Assembly: GCA_037446135.1 (NCBI GenBank)
Contig: JBBIJD010000047.1
Coordinates: forward strand, 1 to 10,247
DNA length: 10,247 bases
Source of the DNA: Candidatus Fraserbacteria bacterium
Lineage (GTDB): Bacteria > Bipolaricaulota > Bipolaricaulia > RBG-16-55-9 > JANLFV01
Reading direction: 5' to 3'
Made by a program: the position numbers and the translations under genes. The notes beneath the pieces are model-generated. The model had not been told where the DNA came from, did no database searches, and saw only the letters and a list, made by a program, of their open reading frames with translations. Of this stretch, positions 6,266 through 10,247 are shown piece after piece (the stretch's first letter is position 1; each line of letters starts with the position of its first letter).

Positions 6266-7366
6266 ATGAGGTGCGATGCCTGCGGCCGGGAGGGGCTCAT
6301 CTCCCGAGAGCTCGGCCTCTGCTACGAGTGCGTCAAGTCCGCTCCCCTGAAAAGGCTGCTCGCCCCGCATTGGCGAGTCCGAGAGGCACTGGGCCTCCCG
6401 CTCGAGGCCCCTAAAGCCGAGGCCGGCATCCCTTGCAACCTCTGCAGCAACGGCTGCCTTATCCCCGAGGGCGGACGGGGCTATTGCGGCCTGCGGGGGA
6501 ACCGCGGGGGGAAGCTCGCGCAAGTTATGGGCCCGGACGAAGCCCTCGCTCATACCTACTACGACCCGCTCCCGACCAATTGCTGTGCCGCCTGGTTCTG
6601 CGAGCCCTGCCAAGGAGCTACGAGTTCCTCTTATAACCTCGCTGTCTTCTACTTCGGCTGCAACTTCGACTGCCTCTTCTGCCAGAATGCCCATCACAAA
6701 TACCTGGCCGAGGGGACCAAGATCAGCTCGGATGAATTCGTTAGTCAGACCCTTCATCCTGGAGTCCGCTGCGTCTGCCATTTCGGCGGCTCGCCCGAGC
6801 CTCAATTCCCCTTCGCCCTGAGGGCGAGCGAGGCCGCTTTTCGGGAGGCCCAGCATCGGAGGAGGGAGCTCCGGATCTGCTGGGAGTGGAACGGCTGCGG
6901 GAATCCCGGCTTGGTCCGGAGGGCAGCCGAGCTGTCTTTAGAATCCGGGGGGACCATCAAGTTCGACCTCAAGGCTTGGGATGAGCGGCTGAGCCTAGCC
7001 CTGAGCGGTGTCTCCAATCGCCGGGCTTACGAAAATTTCGCCATGATCGCACGGGAGTATCTCCCCCGAGCAAAGCATCATCTGCTCACGGCCACGACGC
7101 TGCTTGTCCCCGGCTATGTCGATGAGAATGAAGTCGGCAAGATCGCGGAGTTCATCGCCTCGCTCGATCCGGGGATACCCTACTCTCTGCTCATCTTCCA
7201 TGGGGACTTCGCCATGGCCGACCTTGGGATCACCCCCCTGGAGCAGGCGATCCGCTGCTATCTTGCCGCGAAGGCCGCGGGCCTAAAGAAGGTCAATGTG
7301 GGGAACCTCCATCTCCTTGGCCTCTCGAGGATGGAGCAGTTCAAGCACCTGGCGGAGAGGTGCTAA
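6266..7366 (+). CDS. Radical SAM protein, PflA/AmmeMemoRadiSam-like with Cys-rich N-terminus, 366 aa
   Basis: CxxxCxxC motif CNFDCLFCQN, FGGSPEP, IKFDLKAW, TLLVPGYVD. Extra Cys clusters CDAC..CYEC, CNLCSNGC..C, PTNCC. Confidence 0.9.
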   Translation: MRCDACGREGLISRELGLCYECVKSAPLKRLLAPHWRVREALGLPLEAPKAEAGIPCNLCSNGCLIPEGGRGYCGLRGNRGGKLAQVMGPDEALAHTYYDPLPTNCCAAWFCEPCQGATSSSYNLAVFYFGCNFDCLFCQNAHHKYLAEGTKISSDEFVSQTLHPGVRCVCHFGGSPEPQFPFALRASEAAFREAQHRRRELRICWEWNGCGNPGLVRRAAELSLESGGTIKFDLKAWDERLSLALSGVSNRRAYENFAMIAREYLPRAKHHLLTATTLLVPGYVDENEVGKIAEFIASLDPGIPYSLLIFHGDFAMADLGITPLEQAIRCYLAAKAAGLKKVNVGNLHLLGLSRMEQFKHLAERC

Positions 7367-7373
7367 GCCCCGC

Positions 7374-7403
7374 TTTACAATCTAGGCGAACAACCCATAG
7401 AAT
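7374..7403 (+). promoter_or_regulatory. Candidate promoter for mtnA-aldolase
   Basis: TTTACA (7374-7379), 18 nt, TAGAAT (7398-7403). Confidence 0.6.
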
Positions 7404-7458
7404 GGCCTTGGCCCGAGTGCGGTGCCGCCGGCCTCCTTTTGGCTGGCTGGAGCGAGAG

Positions 7459-8502
7459 ATGATGATTCAGCCGATCAGTTATCGTGATGGTGTGATCGAA
7501 TTGCTCGACCAGACGAAGCTCCCTGGGGAGGTCGTGGTCCTGAAGATCCGGGGCTTTCGTGAGCTGGCCCGGGCGATCCGCGAGATGAAGATCAGGGGCG
7601 CACCGGCGATCGGGCTGGCCGCGGCATACGGGGTGGTCCTAGGGCTCCGGGATCTTGAAGATGAGACCTCACTCGACCGCCGCTTCCGAGAGGTGGTCGA
7701 GGAGCTCAAGAGGACGAGGCCGACGGCCGTGAACCTCTTCTGGGCTTTAGGGAGGATGGAGCGGGCCTTCGAGCGGGATCGCAATCAGGGCCTGACCAAG
7801 CTTAAAGAGGCCCTCCTGGCTGAGGCCGAGCAGATCCATCGCGAGACCCTCGAGGCCGACAGGGCCATCGGCCACTTTGGGGCCGAGCTCCTCCCAGAGG
7901 GGGCCATTGTCCTGACCTATTGCAACACTGGGGCGCTCGCGACCGGCGGCTATGGGACGGCCCTCGGAGTGGTCCGCTCGGCCTGGGAGCTGGGAAAGTT
8001 GAAGAAGGTCCTGGTCTGCGAGACGCGGCCTCTCCTTCAAGGGGCCAGGCTCACCGCCTGGGAGCTAGAGCAGGAGGGGATCCCCTATGAGCTGATCACC
8101 GATAGCGCGGCCGGCCACTTCATGGCCCGCGGCGAGGTGGAAGCTGTGGTCGTCGGGGCGGACCGCATAGCCAAGAACGGCGATACGGCCAACAAGATCG
8201 GGACCTATTCCCTGGCGGTCTTGGCCCACTACCATCGGATCCCGTTCTATGTGGCCGCTCCGAGCTCGACCTTCGACCCCGAAGCCCCGACTGGGGAGGA
8301 GATCCCGCTCGAGGAGCGCCCGCCGGAGGAGGTCACCCAACTCGGTGGCTTGAGGCTCGCCCCTTCCGGGGCCAAGGCAAGGAACCCGGCCTTCGATGTG
8401 ACGCCCCATCAGTTGATTTCAGCGATCATCACTGAGAGGGGGGTGCTGAGGCCGCCGTTTGGCGAGGCGATCGCCGTGGCGCGCCACGATGTGCTCTTCT
8501 GA
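7459..8502 (+). CDS. mtnA: S-methyl-5-thioribose-1-phosphate isomerase (also 5-deoxyribose-1-P isomerase family), 347 aa
   Basis: LLDQTKLP, IRGAPAIG, TRPTAVNL, CNTGALATGGYGTA, ETRPLLQGARLTAWEL, GADRIAKNGDTANKIGT, NPAFDVTP. Confidence 0.95.
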   Translation: MMIQPISYRDGVIELLDQTKLPGEVVVLKIRGFRELARAIREMKIRGAPAIGLAAAYGVVLGLRDLEDETSLDRRFREVVEELKRTRPTAVNLFWALGRMERAFERDRNQGLTKLKEALLAEAEQIHRETLEADRAIGHFGAELLPEGAIVLTYCNTGALATGGYGTALGVVRSAWELGKLKKVLVCETRPLLQGARLTAWELEQEGIPYELITDSAAGHFMARGEVEAVVVGADRIAKNGDTANKIGTYSLAVLAHYHRIPFYVAAPSSTFDPEAPTGEEIPLEERPPEEVTQLGGLRLAPSGAKARNPAFDVTPHQLISAIITERGVLRPPFGEAIAVARHDVLF

Positions 8503-9055
8503 AGAGATAATCAGGACAGCCCGCAGGATGGCCGAGCTCGGGCTAGTCCTCGGGAGTTACGGGAATGTGAGCTGTCGCCAAAATGAGAGGATCTTGATCA
8601 CCCCGACAGGGCTGGACTATTTTCTGATGGAGCCGGAGGACATCGTCACGCTCGACCTGACCGGGAAGAAGCTCCTGGGGAGAAGGGAGCCTTCATCCGA
8701 GTTCAGAATGCATCTGGCGATCTACCGTGCCCGCGAGGATGCCCGGGCGATCGTCCATGCCCATGGGGTCCATGCCCTCGCGCTGAGCCTGACCGCCCCG
8801 GAGCTGCCCCCGATCACCGAGGAGATGGAGCACGGCCTCGGCGGGCCGGTCCCGGTCGCGCCCTATGCCCCGGCCGGGGCTCGGGCGCTCGCCGACCAAG
8901 CGGCGGTGATCCTCCAGAGGACCGGCTCGAGAGCCTTGATTCTCGCCAGACACGGAATCGTCAGCTTGGGCGAGAGCTTGGAGGAGGCCCTCTTCGTCTG
9001 CCGCCTGGTCGAGCGGAGCGCCCAGATCTACCTCTTAGCAAGGGGAGAAAACTAG
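8489..9055 (+). CDS. Class II aldolase/adducin family protein, FucA-like (probable methylthio-/deoxy-ribulose-1-P aldolase), 188 aa
   Basis: GNVSCR, ITPTG, PSSE..MH, IVHAH, LARHG zinc-binding motifs; overlaps the mtnA end by 14 nt. Confidence 0.85.
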   Translation: MCSSEEIIRTARRMAELGLVLGSYGNVSCRQNERILITPTGLDYFLMEPEDIVTLDLTGKKLLGRREPSSEFRMHLAIYRAREDARAIVHAHGVHALALSLTAPELPPITEEMEHGLGGPVPVAPYAPAGARALADQAAVILQRTGSRALILARHGIVSLGESLEEALFVCRLVERSAQIYLLARGEN

Positions 9056-9082
9056 CCGGGGAGGCGCAGAGCGCCTCCCCGG
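9056..9082. terminator. Bidirectional terminator between aldolase and microprotein B
   Basis: Perfect 12-bp stem CCGGGGAGGCGC-AGA-GCGCCTCCCCGG; followed by CTAGTTTT on the minus strand. Confidence 0.8.
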
Positions 9083-9118
9083 ACGCCTTCAAATCTCTCC
9101 CGAAGCGGCTCAGCCTAG

Positions 9119-9190
9119 CTAGCCGCAGCAGCCGCCGGACGGCTTCTTCGGCGTCTCTGGCTTCTTCGGGGTCTTCTTCTCCTTGAGCAT
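9119..9190 (-). CDS. Unannotated Lys/Pro-rich microprotein B, 23 aa (MLKEKKTPKKPETPKKPSGGCCG)
   Basis: ATG at 9190, SD GAGGAGGTGA (9205-9196) with 5-nt spacer, TAG stop, own promoter and terminator; 16/19 aa identical to microprotein A. Confidence 0.8.
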   Translation of the reverse strand: MLKEKKTPKKPETPKKPSGGCCG

Positions 9191-9206
9191 CCCGTTCACC
9201 TCCTCT

Positions 9207-9229
9207 CCGGGAAGGTCGCCCTTTCCCGG
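9207..9229 (-). promoter_or_regulatory. 5'-UTR GNRA-tetraloop hairpin of microprotein B mRNA
   Basis: CCGGGAA-A-GG-GCGA-CC-TTCCCGG, closing 1 nt before the SD. Confidence 0.6.
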
Positions 9230-9243
9230 TCGAAGATGAAAGG

Positions 9244-9272
9244 ATGGTAGCACCGCCACTTTAGCCCGTCAA
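9244..9272 (-). promoter_or_regulatory. Sigma70-type promoter for microprotein B
   Basis: TTGACG (9272-9267), 17 nt ending in TGC (extended -10), TACCAT (9249-9244). Confidence 0.75.
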
Positions 9273-9279
9273 GGGCATT

Positions 9280-9308
9280 TTGTCCCTCCCGCGAAGGTAT
9301 GCTAGGAT
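9280..9308 (+). promoter_or_regulatory. Candidate promoter for the SDR, back-to-back with the microprotein B promoter
   Basis: TTGTCC (9280-9285), 17 nt ending in TGC, TAGGAT (9303-9308). Confidence 0.6.
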
Positions 9309-9330
9309 CGCACTCAAGCAGGCGGCCACG

Positions 9331-10131
9331 ATGAATAACAGCGACAGAAGGCTGGCCTTGATCACGGGTGCGAGCAGCGGGATCGGCACGGCCTTCGCCA
9401 GGAGGCTGGCCGCTGAAGGCTATGACCTGATCATCACCGGCCGGAGAGGGGAGCGGCTCAAGGCCCTAGCTGAGGAGCTCACCCGAGCCCACGGCGTGGC
9501 CGTCGAGCCCATCGTCGCGGACTTGGCAGACCCCGGGGCGTTGGCAGCTCTGGCCGAGCGGATCAGGCTAGCCCCGGAGCTAGAGCTCCTCGTCAACAAT
9601 GCCGGGTTCGGCTCGCGAAAGCCCTTCCATGAAGAAGAATTCGCGGGCCAGGAGGCGATGGTGCAGGTCCACATCCTGGCGCCGCTGGCGCTGACATATG
9701 CGGCTATACCTAACATGATCAGGAGGGGCAGGGGAGCCATCATCAATCTCTCCTCATTAGCGGCCTTCGCCCCGCTCCCGGGGACTACCGTGTATAGCGG
9801 GACTAAGGCCTTCCTGAGCGCCTTCTCCGAGGGGCTGAGCATGGAGTTGGCCCGGACTGGGGTGAAGGTCCAGGCCCTCTGCCCCGGCTTCACCAAGACG
9901 GAATTCCACTCCCGGCTGGGGATCGATACCGCCGGGCTGAGGAGTAAGGGCTTAATCCGCTGGATGACCCCCGAAGAGGTGGTCGAGGCCTCGCTCGCTT
10001 GCCTAGCCAAGGACCGGGTGATTTGCATCCCCGGCTGGGGGAATAAGATGATCTTCCACTTCCTGAAGTTCATCCCCCGCCGGCTATACTACAAGTTCGC
10101 GCCCGGCTCTACTCGTCGTGGCCGGGATTAG
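9331..10131 (+). CDS. Classical short-chain dehydrogenase/reductase (COG0300-like, probably NADP(H)-preferring), 266 aa
   Basis: ITGASSGIG, GRR after beta-2, VNNAG, catalytic YSGTK, CPGFTKTEF. Start at ATG 9331, downstream of the promoter. Confidence 0.92.
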   Translation: MNNSDRRLALITGASSGIGTAFARRLAAEGYDLIITGRRGERLKALAEELTRAHGVAVEPIVADLADPGALAALAERIRLAPELELLVNNAGFGSRKPFHEEEFAGQEAMVQVHILAPLALTYAAIPNMIRRGRGAIINLSSLAAFAPLPGTTVYSGTKAFLSAFSEGLSMELARTGVKVQALCPGFTKTEFHSRLGIDTAGLRSKGLIRWMTPEEVVEASLACLAKDRVICIPGWGNKMIFHFLKFIPRRLYYKFAPGSTRRGRD

Positions 10132-10151
10132 AGAGTCCCGGCTTCCCTATT

Positions 10152-10172
10152 CCCTGGTCTGCCCGACCGGGG
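10152..10172. terminator. Hairpin between the SDR and the convergent gene
   Basis: CCCTGGTC-TGCCC-GACCGGGG (one G-U pair) followed by CTGACTTTAGTTT. Confidence 0.45.
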
Positions 10173-10178
10173 CTGACT

Positions 10179-10247
10179 TTAGTTTAGCACCACCAGCTTC
10201 TTGACCTCGCTCCTTTGCACCCGGCCATCGTAGCCCCGGGCGGTCAC
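10179..10247 (-). CDS. C-terminal end (partial) of a protein with a T9SS-CTD-like sorting tail
   Basis: Open frame from the window edge: VTARGYDGRVQRSEVKKLVVLN*, ending in a KKLVV terminal beta-strand motif. Confidence 0.7.
   Translation of the reverse strand: MTARGYDGRVQRSEVKKLVVLN

Noticed and set aside
1301..9205. The two ~65-nt direct repeats as att sites or ends of a 7.8-kb mobile element
   Set aside because: The enclosed genes are housekeeping (recA, coaD, mtnA), there is no integrase or transposase, and the divergence follows a codon pattern.
1665..10073. Long antisense or alternate-frame ORFs (e.g. 2174..2674, 2295..2924, 4031..4549, 5094..5981, 6239..6856, 9420..10073)
   Set aside because: Shadow ORFs expected in high-GC coding DNA; each overlaps a clearly identified gene and has no family motifs.

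Overview
High-GC bacterial chromosomal housekeeping region with no mobile element. A C-terminal sorting motif at the right edge suggests Ca. Bipolaricaulota/Acetothermia (inference). Left to right: the 3' end of tRNA-Ser (+), converging on a free-standing tRNA-Ile(GAT)/tRNA-Ala(TGC) pair (-) that has its own sigma70 promoter and no flanking rRNA; mutM (+); a minus-strand block nfeD, SPFH/stomatin, coaD, cupin, recA, recX; a plus-strand radical SAM gene, mtnA and a class II aldolase (probable 5'-deoxyadenosine/MTA salvage); an SDR; and the C-terminus of a probably secreted protein. The most notable element is missing from the ORF track. Two paralogous stand-alone microprotein genes lie 7.84 kb apart on the minus strand: 1288..1350 (MLLEKKGPKKPETPKKPAGK) and 9119..9190 (MLKEKKTPKKPETPKKPSGGCCG). 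Each has a near-consensus promoter, a 5'-UTR hairpin, the identical SD GAGGAGGTGA and a terminator, and the copies differ by several synonymous substitutions. MutM and RecA also carry substitutions at normally conserved DNA-contacting positions.
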